Below are positions 24,709 to 37,840 of a DNA stretch of 64,000 nt, in pieces. Positions within the stretch are counted from its first letter, which is position 1. Each line of letters starts with the position of its first letter. Where the stretch lies: contig NC_068983.1 in NCBI RefSeq assembly GCF_001194135.2, forward strand, positions 44,077,783 to 44,141,782, given 5' to 3'. Below the pieces are notes generated by a model. It ran no database searches. It saw nothing but the letters and a program-made list of their open reading frames with translations, and was not told where the DNA came from. The DNA comes from Octopus bimaculoides. Its lineage: Eukaryota. The translations under genes were made by a program, and so were the position numbers.

Positions 24709-27700
24709 GAGGCGGTACACTTGTGTAGGAGTGCCTACAAAGTATGTTGAGCTAGTCGGAGGTTTGGCTGTTATTTCTAGCTTGTCGAGAGATTGCTTCA
24801 AAGCCTATTTAATGCGTGGGTTGGAAAACCCTGGCAGGTAAAAAGCACCCACTACACTCTCGCAGTGGATGGCATTAGGAAGGGCATCCAGCTGTAGAAA
24901 CCTTGCCAGATGAGATTGGAGTCTGGTGCAGCTTTTGGCTTTCCAGACCTCAGTTAAACCATCCAACCCATGCCAGCATGGAAAATGGATGTTAAATGAT
25001 GATGATAATGATGATTTCATTTTCTTTTTTAAATATTGGAAAGCAGTTTGTCATAATTTGGGGATTTTTGGTCTAAAGAGACCAGATTTATAAAAATAAG
25101 TGTAAGCATGGGTGTGTAGTAAGATGCTTGCTTCCCAACCACATGGTTACAGGTTCAGCCCCACTGCGTGGTACCTTGGGCAAGTGTCTTCTACTATAGC
25201 CTCTGGCTGACCGAAGCCTTGTGAGAGGATTTGGTAGAAAGGAACTGAAAGAAGCCTGTCATATATATATATATGAATGAAAGTAAAGGTTACAAACCTC
25301 ATTAAGGGATATTGAAATCCTATGAAGGTACTGGTTAGTTACTTATATAAAAATGTTGAACATTACAACTAATATTCAGCTGTAAGGTAACTATATAGAC
25401 CATGGTTTATATATATTTATTTAAATAAGATAAGAAAATAGACTATTAATAAATTATTTATTAATTTAAAAAATTGATAAAATCTCTTACAGCTGTTTCA
25501 ATTCTAGACCTTCAGAAAATTAATAAAATTAAAAATTACTTGCAAGTTGACTCTTGTCAGAGGTAGTTTAAGATATACAAAATAGGTGTTCAGTTCCCGT
25601 ATGTTGAGTATAAGGCTGCAATCCATTAACGGTCCTGTTTATATGGCTTTAAACCGTTAACAGTCTTGTTCATACAACTGCAAACTGTTAACGGTTCTGT
25701 TTATATTCTATATTTTAGGGGACACAGGTACCACATTGGTTGTATATTCTATGACAAAAGAGCTGACAGTCTTTTTGTCTGTTCTTTTGTCATAGAACAT
25801 ACAGTCATATACCTTGATAACTTTCAGATGAACGGTTCCTAATTTAGGGATTAAGTCCTGGCATAAGTCATAAAATGGTCACAAAGACAAAAATCTTTTT
25901 ACATTTTAAATATTTATGCATTTGTTTTGTAAAATTGTGTGTTGGAACAAATATTGTTATATTTGGGAACCGTCATTTTACTAATAAACACCTGCAATAT
26001 TTGACTTTCACTTCAGCTTTATTATTATTATTATTTATTGGTTATTTTGTCAAGACTTTTGTTACACATTCTATGACCTCCTCAATGACTATTTGATCTT
26101 CTTTGTGTCTCCTCTTCTCTCTGGTCTTGTCCTGTTTAATCTGTCTGGTCTGTGCCTCTGTGTGTTTGGCATGTGTACCTATGCCGTGTGCATGTGTAGG
26201 TTTGTATATTGCAGTTTATGTCTGTCTTCAGTCCTTTGGTGGTGGGGTGGGTGATATTATACCATTCATGTTTTCAAAAACGCTGACAGTACCACCTGAT
26301 TGGTGCTCGTGCTAGTGGAACGTTAAAAGCACATCCGAGCGTGATCGTTGCCAGGGCCATGGATTGGCTCCCGTGTCGGTGGCACGTGAAAAGCAATATT
26401 CAAGTGTGATTGTTGCCTTACTAGCACATGCCAGTGGCACATGAAAAACAACATTTGAGCATAGTTGTTGCCGCCGGCCTGGCCCCCATGCAGGTAACAC
26501 GTAAAAAAGACCTTTTGAGCATGGTCGTTGCCAGAACCGCCTGACTGGCCCTCATGCCATGGCATACAAAACACCCACTACACTCAGTGGTTGGCATTAC
26601 GAAGGGCATCCAGCTGTAGAAGCTTTGCTAGATCATATTTGAGCCTGGTGCAGCCTTCTGGCTCNNNNNNNNNNTGTAGAAGCTTTGCTAGATCATATTT
26701 GAGCCTGGTGCAGCCTTCTGGCTCACCAGTCCGCAATCAAACCGTCCAACCCATGCCAGCATGGAAAGCAGACGTTAAATGATGATGTTTTCTGTTGAAG
26801 TTCTTTCTACTTTCTCTTGTGTGTGTGACCTCCATGATCTGTTGTGAGTGGTGCGTCAGTCCTGTTTGTGGATAAGATCTTAGCTTCTATGTTGTCTGTC
26901 ACGACCCCATGTTCTAGCTTAGTGGTTCCCAGCATGGGGCCTGCAGACCCCTGGTGGTCTGTGAAGTAAGTTCAAAAATTCATATATATCATTATCATCA
27001 TCATCATCATCATGGTTTAATATCCACTTTCCATGTTGGCATGAGTTGGGCAGTTTGACTGAAGACTGGCAAGCCAGGAGGCTGCACCAGGCTCCAATCC
27101 AATCTGGCAAGGTTTCTATGACTGGATGCCCTTCCTAATGCCAACCACTCTGACTCTGAGAGTGTAGTAGGTGCTTTTTTACATGTTACTGGCATGGGAG
27201 CCAGTCAGGCTGCACTGGCATCGACCACGTATTAAAATGGGTCCATGGGAAAGCTCATTTAAATATTAGATGTTGGGACCCACTGTTGTAGCTTTTTCCC
27301 CTCCTAGAATAAATGTTGAGAATTTTATGCACCTATCCTCACCTGGGTTCATGAATGTTGAGTAATAGCCGAAAGAGTACCCCTGTTTGTACCAGTGGCC
27401 AAAAAGGGGTTCTTCTGAAGAATCTCTAGAGTAATGTTTGACAGGGTTCACAGCTCTGAGATCAAGAAGAGTCTCTCCAGATTGAGCCACTACTTCTCTG
27501 TGTTGAGAGGTCACAACTCTGGTACCATGGACATGTGATTAGAATGTTGGAGGAAAACATTGCAAGACAGATTCTTCAAGCCAAGTGGTGGGAGACCTAA
27601 GGCGTGGGGATAGACCAAGAATAAGAGGGTTGGATAATATTCATAGTTTAAGTTGGTTACTTTGTTAATTTAGCCAGAAAGTGTATGGATGGCAAGTCTC

Positions 27701-29015
27701 TTCTCCAATAGTCATGGGCCAGTTAGTGCTTAGTGAGTGAATTTAGTTGATGGAAACTGTGTGGAATCTCATCATACATGTAAGTGTATTTATGTATGTT
27801 TGTCCTCCCACTACTTGGTAATTGGTGTTGGTTTGTTTACATCCCTGCAACTTAGTGGCTTGGCAAAAGAGAGCAATAGAATAAGTACTTGACTTGCTGT
27901 CTTCAGTTGTAGAAGTAACCTTTAAACCAGTGCCCCACAACTGGTATGCCACAGTGTAACCTGAATATAATATTCTTTTTCCTATACGTTAAGTTATGTT
28001 TTTAGTTCAGGTGTGCCGCTGAATTTTGAAAAGAATGTAAGTATACCGCAAGAGGGAAAAGGTTGCAGAGCACTGCTTTAAACAATGAAGTTATGTAAGA
28101 AAAATAACATCTACAAGCTTTTAAAAATATTTGTGAAGAATTCAATTGCAAATTGTGTGGCACAAGTCAGCATGTGTATGTATGTATGTATGTATGTATG
28201 TGTGTGTGTGTGTGTGTGTGTGCGTGCGCGCGCGCGTGTGTATAGATGACAGAAATAGAATCTTTGTTGTTTATCATGACCTCACCTAATTTATCTTATC
28301 TAGAAACTTGTTACGAATTCACTTAACAAGGTGTAGTCATGTACCTGACTGGAGTATTAAATAACATCCGATAGAGTCAACTTCCATTAGTTGACAACTG
28401 AAAGTAAACAGGAAAATATATTGAGCTTTTGTAGAAGTTGCTGTAGGTACAACAGAATGTATCTGTCACAAGTTTGGTGGCTCTAGTCACATATCTTCAG
28501 CATGACTTCACTAATTCTACATTCTCAGTGGCACCTGAATGAAACCTAAGCCATTTTCTGTAACCAAATTAATGTTTCTCCTCTCTCTTATTTTATTTGG
28601 CTTGCCTGCCTTTGTTACATGAACTGAAAAATGTTGTTAAAAGTGTCATTTGATGAATTTATATAAGTTTTATGTTCAACTCTTTTGCTATTAATCTGCT
28701 TGAAACCACACTTGGTTCTTTGACACAAACTTCCTGTTGTGATCTAAACTAAAACATTCCATCAAAATTTCCTGTTAATATATTCTAAACATTAGCTTAA
28801 TAACAATAAATCATAGATACAGGCATGGCTGTGGGATTAAGAATCATGCTTCCCATTCAGGTGGTCTTGGGTTCAGTCCCACTGTATGGAACCTTAGGCA
28901 AGTGTCTTCTATTATAGCTCTGACAGACCAATGCCTTGTGAGTGGATTTGGTAGATGGAAACTGAAAGAAGCCTGTCTATATGTATGTACCTTTCTCTTG
29001 ATTGTAAACAAACAT

Positions 29016-29236
29016 CCGTCAGATGTGTGGCTCAGGGGAACCAGTATCACATTGATGATGATGTCATATATGCTATTGATGACTTTTATAACCAACAGAA
29101 TGAATTCTTCACCCATGAGATGCAAGCACTTTAACGCCAATGGAAAAAGTGTAGACTACAAAGGGGACTATGCTGAAAAATAAACCTCCTTTGGTCACAT
29201 TCCATGAGAGTATCTTAGTTGGCCTATGAACTTTTC
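29016..29236 (+). mobile_element. Mariner transposase 3' end with right terminal repeat
   Basis: Degenerate ...QYHIDDDVI...WKK(C)VDYKGDYAEK*, followed by ctatgaacttttcagccaac. Confidence 0.75.
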
Positions 29237-29289
29237 AGCCAACACTCCTGTATTAATGTTCAGTTATAAAAATTAACTTTACATTAATC

Positions 29290-31085
29290 TGATGGGTTAT
29301 CATTATCACTGTTCAATGCCTGTTCTCCCTGCTGGCATGGGTTGGACTGTTCGACAAGAGCTGGCAAGCTGCACCAAGCTCCAGTTGTCTGATTTAGCAT
29401 GGTTTCTATGGCTGAATACCTTTTCTAACACCAACCATTTTAGTGTACTGGGTTCTTGTAATGTAGTATTGGCACAGGTGCCTTTGTGTGACACTATCAT
29501 GGATGCTTCGATATGTCCTCCAGAACCTCTGAGCCTGCAAGACTAGGATCTTTCAGCTGAGAGTGGGATGTAGAGGACATGCTTACTTAGCTTGACAGGT
29601 CTTCCCAAACACAGCAAACCATCAGAAGTCTCAGTCTCTTGTCATCTCCTTTGTAAAGCCATTGTCCCATGTCTAACTGGATCTCCTTCCACATGTTCCC
29701 TCAACAATTCGGGATTAACACCTCTTGATGCAGCTGTCTTCATCCATATGCATGACACGAGCATACCAGCTTTCTTGCACACTACATCAGATGCCTTGTG
29801 TATCCAATTCTTCTCTCCAATCTCTTACACTGTCATTACCCATCCAGTGAAGCATACTGGCTTCATTTCTTTCAAACAGCCCATGCTTCACTGCCATGCA
29901 GCATAGCTGTTCGTAGACAGGCATCATAAACTCTGCCAGAGGGGCTGTTTGTTACGAATGAAGGTAGTAAGCTCTCTGAACTTTGCCCAGCTTATTCTAG
30001 CCGCTATGCCTTCAGAACTACCTCCTCCTCTGCTAACTTGGTTGCCTAAGTAACAGAAACTACTACTTCTAAGGATACCTCTGGACATTTGCGGGATTCT
30101 ATTTTCTGTACATTCCTAGTGTTTCGTGTTCCTGCTCATCTGTCACGTAAAGACTACTTTAACCGTCCTGTGACAAGGCAGCACTTCTTGTGTGTCCATA
30201 ACTTGCACTTGGTACACTGTATGGAGTTTCAACATTAATTAAGAGGGGTGTTACCTTGGATTAGATAGCACTACTGATGCTATCTTCACTACCAGAACTA
30301 AAGAAATTTCAGGTATAGAAGCAAGGTCTCGAAACAAAGGGTCTTTGAGTCAACTTAGCAAAGATCAAAGTATTGATAAGTAAGACAACAGACAAATTGC
30401 AGATCCCTTCAGGAAGAAACTCCATAAGGTGTATCGAGTGCAAGCTATGGACACATAAGATATGCAGTGGTATCACTGGACAACTAATGGAGAAGGTAGC
30501 CTTTACATGTGACAGATGTGTAGGTACATTAAACACCCAGAGTTTATGAAAAATAGACTCCCTCATATGCTAAGGGGGATCCCTAGAGTTAGTAGACAGT
30601 TTCCGTTACTTAGGTGACCATGTTAGTAGTGGGAGGTGGTGGTGGTTCTGAAAGCATAGCTGCTGGAATAAGAATAGACTGGACGAAGATCAGAGAACTA
30701 TCTCTGTTGGTAAAGAAGAGCCTCTTCCCCCAAGTGAAAGGCAGTTTGTATTATGTTTGTATACAAACAGGTCTGCTACATGACAGTGAGACATGGGCTG
30801 TGACTACTGAGGATATGTGAAAACTCGAAAGAAACGAAGCCTTTATGCTGTGCTAGCGTAAAAAAATGGACAGAAAATCTGAATTTACAAGGCATCAGAT
30901 GTAGTGTGAAAGAGAGAAGACTGCACTGGTATGGCCATGTAATGCATATGAATGAGGATAGTTGCATCAAGAGGTGCCAATCTCTAAATGTAGAGGGAAG
31001 AGGTAGACCCAGAGCCTGAACAGCCCTTCAGCTTGTCAACTCGTCCAACCCATGTCAGCATGAAAAATGGACGTTAAATGATGAT
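29290..31085. mobile_element. Divergent pair of RTE LINE fragments (minus 29290-30200, plus 30590-31085)
   Basis: The plus fragment reads VDSFRYLGD...HDSETWAVTTEDM; the minus fragment reads the same region and continues into the (GAT)n-type 3' tail. Confidence 0.7.
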
Positions 31086-31826
31086 GAATTCGTGTGGCTT
31101 TGTTTCCTCTTCATTTTGCAAACCAATTCCATGCCCACCATGTATACCACGGAAGACATGGGTGTTACTCAACATGTCCATTGAGGTCACTGTCAGTTGT
31201 CTGAGGTAACCTGCAAAAGAATATAAAACAACCCTTTTGTTCATTTGACAGACTTGGTTGAGGGGCATAGGTAAAGATGATTGTTGCTGTACTACTCTGC
31301 AACAAAGCTTAAATACTCTATCATTCTCTCTGACTACCTCAATCATCTCATCAACCCATTTGTCAGCTAGAAGTATGCCCGTACTACCGACATCATCATT
31401 GCTGTCGGAAGATTTTGCCTGTGAGGAACCTGGCTAAAAGCTCTCCTCCACTTTTTTGATTGCAACTCACATCGATATGCCTTCGTTCAAGCATCAACAG
31501 TCTCACTAGACCTACTCTGTACTTTTATAGAGTACAATTCTGATAGATTTAAAGGTATATAAGAGGTTCATGAACATGGAAGTAGGTATAGAAGTGGATA
31601 AGGTAGAAAGTTAAGTCAGTAGAAGGGTCTGTAAGGAGCCTTGTTGCCTGAGACACATTGGACATGTATATGAGTAAAAAGAGAGAGGAAACCTATCCAA
31701 ACCCCATGCTAGCAAAGAAAAACACATGAGAAACAATCATAATGGCAGGCACATATACTAAATGACACACACATATTGGATTTATGTTCAAAAACATAAA
31801 AATGAAGAGAGAACACTTGGTGAGAT

Positions 31827-34800
31827 TTTATTTGAAACATATGTCTTTTATTGAATCAACCTTTAAATGAATAAATCTCAGCCACAGCAGCAGTGTTTCT
31901 AAGATATTTACTATTACGGAAAAAAAAAAAAAAAGTAACAAAACATAAAACTGTAGTCTTGTTGTTATGGATGTTTTGGTGAACTGAACATTATTTGCTG
32001 ATGGAAGAAACATGATTAGTTTTGGGTGTTAAGAAACGGCTTTGGTTTGTAATGGAAAGAGTGGGCAAAAGCTGTATTTTGTGGCCTCCAAAAAAGGCCA
32101 ACAGTTTTCAAAATAATAATGGATTTTTAACGGTTATCAGTAATCATAGTATTAGTAATTTGTAGAAAGGTAGGGGTGAAAAAACCCAAGAGAAGTTAGA
32201 TTTATAATAAATTGAACATAACTTATTTTGAGTGAATTTTTTTTTTGTGATCTATATGGAGGACCCCCCCCCCCCAAAAAAAAACTTTAATTACATTAGT
32301 TAGAGTATGGTGTGTTTTGATAGAGGATATACTGGCCCTGTTAATGATAAATAAATAGCCTCTGAACATAATAATAATAATGGTTTATAAATAGTGGTAA
32401 AGTTAATTTGGAGGGAAGTTTTTATCGCATTTTAGCTTTTCTGTTTCGCTTCTGAACTAATTAATTTAATTAGAAAGCCAACATCACTTTCAGGAGTACA
32501 ACGAATTTGTAAATAGAAATATTTTAAAGTTTCAAATCTCTGCAAGCAATGAAGATAATGTCATCTTCAAATAACAACTGGCTTGTTCTTTATTGTAACA
32601 ACAGCGCTGCTGCCAACAAGCTATATTGAACCCTGTATCTAGAAGTTTGCTTCTTATCAAGCATGATAGGTTCTCCCTCCATCCACCTCTCACAAAGAGT
32701 AAATTCCTGAAACACGAATTCGAAATATGGTGGTAAACGTTTGTTTTTTTCAAGTAAAATTTAATTGAAACACAGGAACAAACTAAACAGTACTGTTTGG
32801 ATTGCCAAAGAAGATTGAATGATCAATGTACCTTCTCTCATTCATTCTTGTGAGAATTGTGGATAGAATATTTAAGTACTTCAAAAACAGAATTTATGAT
32901 AGATTACTGTTCATAGTAGTGGTTTCAAATTTTGGTATAAAACCAGTAATTTTGAGAGGGACGGGGTGAGTTGATTACATTAACCCACCCCCATCCCCCA
33001 GCATTCATCTGGATACTTTATTTTACTGAACCCTTGAATGATGAAAAGTAGAGTCGACCTTAGTGCCATTTGAACTTGGAACGTGAAGAGCTAGAAGTGC
33101 TATAAAACATTTTGTCTTTACGTTCTGAGTTCAAATTCCGCAGAGGTTGATTTTGCCTTTCATTCTTTCAGGGTCAACAAAAGAAGTAGCAATACATGAC
33201 TTGGAGTTGATGGAATTGTTTTCTCCCCACTCCGCAAACTTGCTGGCTTCATGCCAGATTTTGAAAGCAATAATAAATATTACAATAACCCCACTCCCTC
33301 TACTGACTGCCGCAAATACTTAGATACGAAAACAATTCCTGGCAGCTCAAGAGAAAAGCTTTATCAATTCTACCAAAGAACAAAATACTGAGCAGTGTCA
33401 TCATATTTAATTACTTTTAAAGCTAAAAACTAACATTTTTAACAAATATTACAGTCATTAAAAATTGACAAACATTTGGAACATACAATAAGGTTTGCTT
33501 TTCTTTGTTCCTCTTTGTAAATTTAATGAAGTACCTCTATAACAGTTGGTACAGGAGATATAAAGATCAGCTTATGCAATGTTCTTCAAGGGTTTTATTA
33601 CTTGTTTCTGAGAAACAGCTTCCTTAGTGACATAGACCAGTTGTTAGCTATCTAGTCTACAAGAAAGAACAGACTAAGATGCTATTATATAGCTACATGT
33701 GCAAATGTGGCCTCTGCCCCAGATCTCGGTCAGTGACCGACTAAACCTTCACCTAATTAACAAAGGTTTAGTCCTTTAGCATTTAATCTGGCCCAAATAT
33801 TTCAGTTGTTTTATGTCCAAAATTGGCCAGATCCAATCTCTCACATCTACCCTACACTGTCATTCTAAAAATAAACAGTCATATCAAAATCTCGAAGCTA
33901 CGAGATAATACACGATTAATTCAAACAATGCATTTGGGTGAGTAATCTGAATGCTAAAGGCTTTTAGAGAAAGTCACAGTTCTAAGAAGATAATAGAAAC
34001 AAAATAATCGCCAAAAGCTGCTGTAATCCTCCAAGAGAACCTATACAGTTTTGAATTTACTGCATTAAAAAATACAATTGGGAAAGAGATTTATTGGTTA
34101 ATGGCAAGATTTTAAGCTTTGTTTCACATCTAGATGTTTCTTTTGGGGGTGAGGACCCATATGAAAAATCTTTTCTTGACAAAGGTGTTTTACTTGACAT
34201 TTTTGAAGAAAGTTGGGACCCCTTCCCCTCTTGCTGAAGCAAGAATCTTTAAAATATGGCTATTTTCCTATGCAATCCACACAATATTGCTTTAACTTTA
34301 ACACTCCTGCTTAAGTTGGAGCAAGTATGTTTCTGATAATAATTGTCTTTTGTATACCAAAGGAGAGAAATGAAAGGCGAGTGTGTACGTGTGTGTGTGT
34401 ATATATATATATATTTGATTTTTAGCTTGGTCATCTCTGTAATAAATTATAAATCCCATTCTCTCTGTCTGTGTGTCTGTAAGTAAATGGTCAGCAGCAA
34501 CATTACCTCCACACTCCATCCTACTCCCTGCCCCTTCAAGAAATCTAGAAAGGTGCTGTAGCTTTCTTATGGTCGGGTCCTCCTCATTCCTCCAGTATGG
34601 CAGAATTTTAAATAATGGGATCCTGTTAGTGTTTGTAGCTGCCATGCACACACACGCACATACATACACACATTTACACAAACATATATATATGCATGCA
34701 TATATACACATACTCACACCCACATACATACCAAACATATATAGTATATGCATATATATGTGTGTTTATTTTTTTGGTGTAGGAATTGATTGAAACCAAA

Positions 34801-35294
34801 AGAAGATCTGAGGACAGCAGCTCTAACAGAACCAGGCAGCAATGTCACGGATGGGCAGGAAGTGGGGGTGGGGGAACTGGGTGTTTGTGTGTGTATGTAT
34901 CTCCAACATTGGCACCAATTAAATTGCCTTATTACTTCTTAGGCTTTCGAGAATTGCTGCCAAGAAATAAAACCAAGAATTTACATTACGAGTATGTTTT
35001 TCTTTCACTGCATCCAAAAATTCCAAAGGAAATTCACAAAGATCTTGAAGTTTTACATCTCTTAAAAAATATGTTTTTCTTTTTCTTTCTTTTATATTTA
35101 TAAATAAAATATTTGTCTGTGTTCAAATAGAGTTTAGATATTCAACATCATCATCATTTCCATTTTGATAAATTAATTATTCGCAGTCCGTCCAGTTTCG
35201 TGGCCCTTGTGTTGGCAGCTTCAGAAATTGGTGGAATGTTTTTTCAGAATGATCGAGCTTAGGCTAAAGGCAAAGACCAGCAACAGTAGCGTTG
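31827..35294 (-). other. Probable long 3'UTR of the MPRIP-like gene
   Basis: Mostly unique AT-rich sequence after the stop, with minus-strand AATAAA candidates near 33594, 32590, 31847 and 31827. The true 3' end cannot be determined. Confidence 0.4.
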
Positions 35295-35422
35295 TCACCT
35301 TCGGCTGCTCGATACCGTGGAACTAAAGCTTTCTTTATTGCTCAATAAACTTTTCTCTCCAAGTAATTGCTTTGAACCAAATACAAATGGTAATGAAGGA
35401 CTGCTCTTTGAGCGGCGAATAT
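35295..35422 (-). CDS. MPRIP: MPRIP-like last coding exon (DIRRSKSSPSLPFVFGSKQLLGEK...SSSRR*)
   Basis: Long pyrimidine acceptor tttttcttcttttctag, phase 1, TGA at 35295-35297. DIRRSKSSP resembles MPRIP DIMKSKSNP. Confidence 0.87.
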
Positions 35423-36254
35423 CTAGAAAAGAAGAAAAAGAAAAATGAACCAACAATGTATTAATTAGCTACTGAATAAAAACAAAACTGGTTGAGTCTA
35501 TCATATATCTATCATATATCAATCACATGCTAAATAGCTAGAGCAGCTGTCTGGCTTCCGTGCCGGTGGCACGTAAATAGCACCATTTGAGCGTGATCGT
35601 TACCAGCGTCGCCTTACTGGCACTTGTGCTGGTTGCATGTGAAAAAACATTCAAGCGAGATCATTGCTAGTGCCGCTGGACCGGCTCCTGTGCAGGTGGC
35701 ACATTAAATACACCATTTTGAGTGTGGCTGTTGCCAGTACTGCCTGACTAGCCCTCTTACCGGCGGCATGTAAAAGCACCCACTACATTCTTAGTGGTTG
35801 GCGTTAGGAAGGGCATCCAGCTGTAGAAACTCTGCCAGATCAGATTGGAGCCTTGTGCAGCCATCTGGTTCACCAGTCCTCAGTCAAATCGTCCAACCCA
35901 TGCTAGCATGGAAAGCAGACGTTAAACGATGAAGATGTATTTATCTGTGGCGTGTGTGTGTGTGTGTATACAGAACAAAAATTTTAATTTTGGACAGAGT
36001 TACCAAAGGTTTTGTAAGTCCGACAAGCTGTCCATAAGGCTTTGGCTTTGTGGATACAAAACCTTTGGTAACTATGTCCAAAATTAAATTTTTTGTTGTA
36101 ATAATCACTGCTCTATTCTTTAGAGTGTGCTTTTTTCTGATATGTTTCATTAATTAACTATATATACAGATATAGTTTGTTTTTAATCAAGTTATAGATA
36201 AAAACAAACATACCTTTATACTGAGATTGCAACACCTTAAATCTAAACACATAC

Positions 36255-36368
36255 CTTTGTACTGATATCGCCTCCCTTTGTGGCTGTCTCGGCTGATATG
36301 TTCCTCTTTCCTCTGGCTTGTATAATGACTAGGGCTTGGACTCCTGGCACGGTGGTGGAATGAAGGAA
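36255..36368 (-). CDS. MPRIP: MPRIP-like exon (VPSFHHRARSPSPSHYTSQRKEEHISRDSHKGRRYQYK+G)
   Basis: Acceptor ttcaacattgcag, donor G|gtatgt, 114 nt, phase 1-1. Confidence 0.75.
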
Positions 36369-37680
36369 CTGCAATGTTGAAATTATAGAAATTATTATTA
36401 AAGAATTGCTTCACCCCTTGATGCAGCTGCATTCCACACCTTACAGGAAAAGTGACAACTGAGACAATTATTTTTAGCTGAATAGACTAGAATTATGTGA
36501 ACTGGATACCTTGTTCAAGACACGCTTGATTTATGGCAGATTATATGGTGTATAATTTCCCTAAAAAACATGCCACATGCTTCTTTCATATTTTCCTGAT
36601 CTGATAGAATCAGACTCCCCCTCCCCCATTTTAGGAGACCACCATTTATATTCCCCCAGTTCCTGTTGTGCTATTAACTGTCTGGCAAAGGAGATAACTA
36701 CCTATCTATAAAATCCCGTACAGCAGGGGTGGGGAAACCCCTGCCCACGAGCCTGTTTTATTGCGTCCACAGGCTGGAATAATTGTATGTACAAAATATA
36801 AATTTTTCAATTATAAAATTTATACAATATTCATGTGCCTATTGGCAACATAGGTCACGTTTCCACTATGACTTAGACGGTTAGACTCCAACAGAAAATC
36901 GTCTGGTAACTGCCATTTGAATGGAAATTGTTTTCACTATAAAACGCATATTGCTAGGTTTGTACCACCCCCTTGAGACCCAACTACACTCTAGCTGCAA
37001 AATATAGAATACCTCATAAGTAATATAAACGTCTTAAATTCAGTGGCGGTGTTAATGAAGATGTTACACATTAATGTCTTAAACTTATCTTTATTAATGT
37101 ATCTTGAATTATACATAGATATATACAAGATTTACACAGATATAAGAGTTAGAACTTGTGGATCTTTTTCTTTGGAAATTTTTGTCTGCCGTACAGCATC
37201 TCAGAATATTACAGATGTTCCCATTTACAACTGGATCACCTTCCTCGGACTAACTACTGAATTTTTTTTCATTTAGAATGGTTCATTGTGTGCAGAAATT
37301 GTAACAATATATAACAGAGACATTAAATGATGATGACGACATAAGATTTTGAAAAATCTGTTTATCAGCCTGTAGACTATTTTTACAATCACACTTTAAA
37401 CTAGTCTTTAGGTGCATATACATACAGGGGGCTTCTAGTTTCTACCAACCAAATCTACTCACAAGGATCAGTTTTGACCCTTAGAAGACCCTCAAGGTGC
37501 CTTACTGTGGGATTGAACCAGAAACTACAGGAAGCAAGCTTCATACAAAGATGCAAGACACAATTCTGTTGGATTCAGTCTGCCCGAGGGACAACAGGTT
37601 TCACACTTATGTCATCGATGAATCGAAAACAATTACAAAGGTAGGAGTGTTAAAAGAAAAAGGAGAAAGGGTTTTTTTAC

Positions 37681-37840
37681 CTCTTCGAACAGGTTGCTGT
37701 CGTCTTTGAAGGCTGCTTTGATCAGGTTTGGCTTCTTCCATGGCCTTTTCTAATTTAGCTTTAAGGCATATGTTCTCATCTTGGACTACGTTGTACAGTT
37801 TCTTACTTGTCAGATACTGTGATATCATCTGCTTGTGCTC
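37681..37840 (-). CDS. MPRIP: MPRIP-like exon (EHKQMISQYLTSKKLYNVVQDENICLKAKLEKAMEE...PVRR+G)
   Basis: Acceptor ttgatgtgtag, donor G|gtaaaa, 160 nt, phase 0-1. It occupies the position of the MPRIP DKKYASDKYKDIYTEL exon. Confidence 0.83.

Noticed and set aside
26615-26724. 50-bp direct repeat flanking a 10-N gap
   Set aside because: Identical text on both sides of a gap is the signature of an unmerged contig overlap.
34298-34793. Overlapping 151-aa and 106-aa ORFs
   Set aside because: They are driven by CA/TA microsatellites in the probable 3'UTR, with no splice or homology support.
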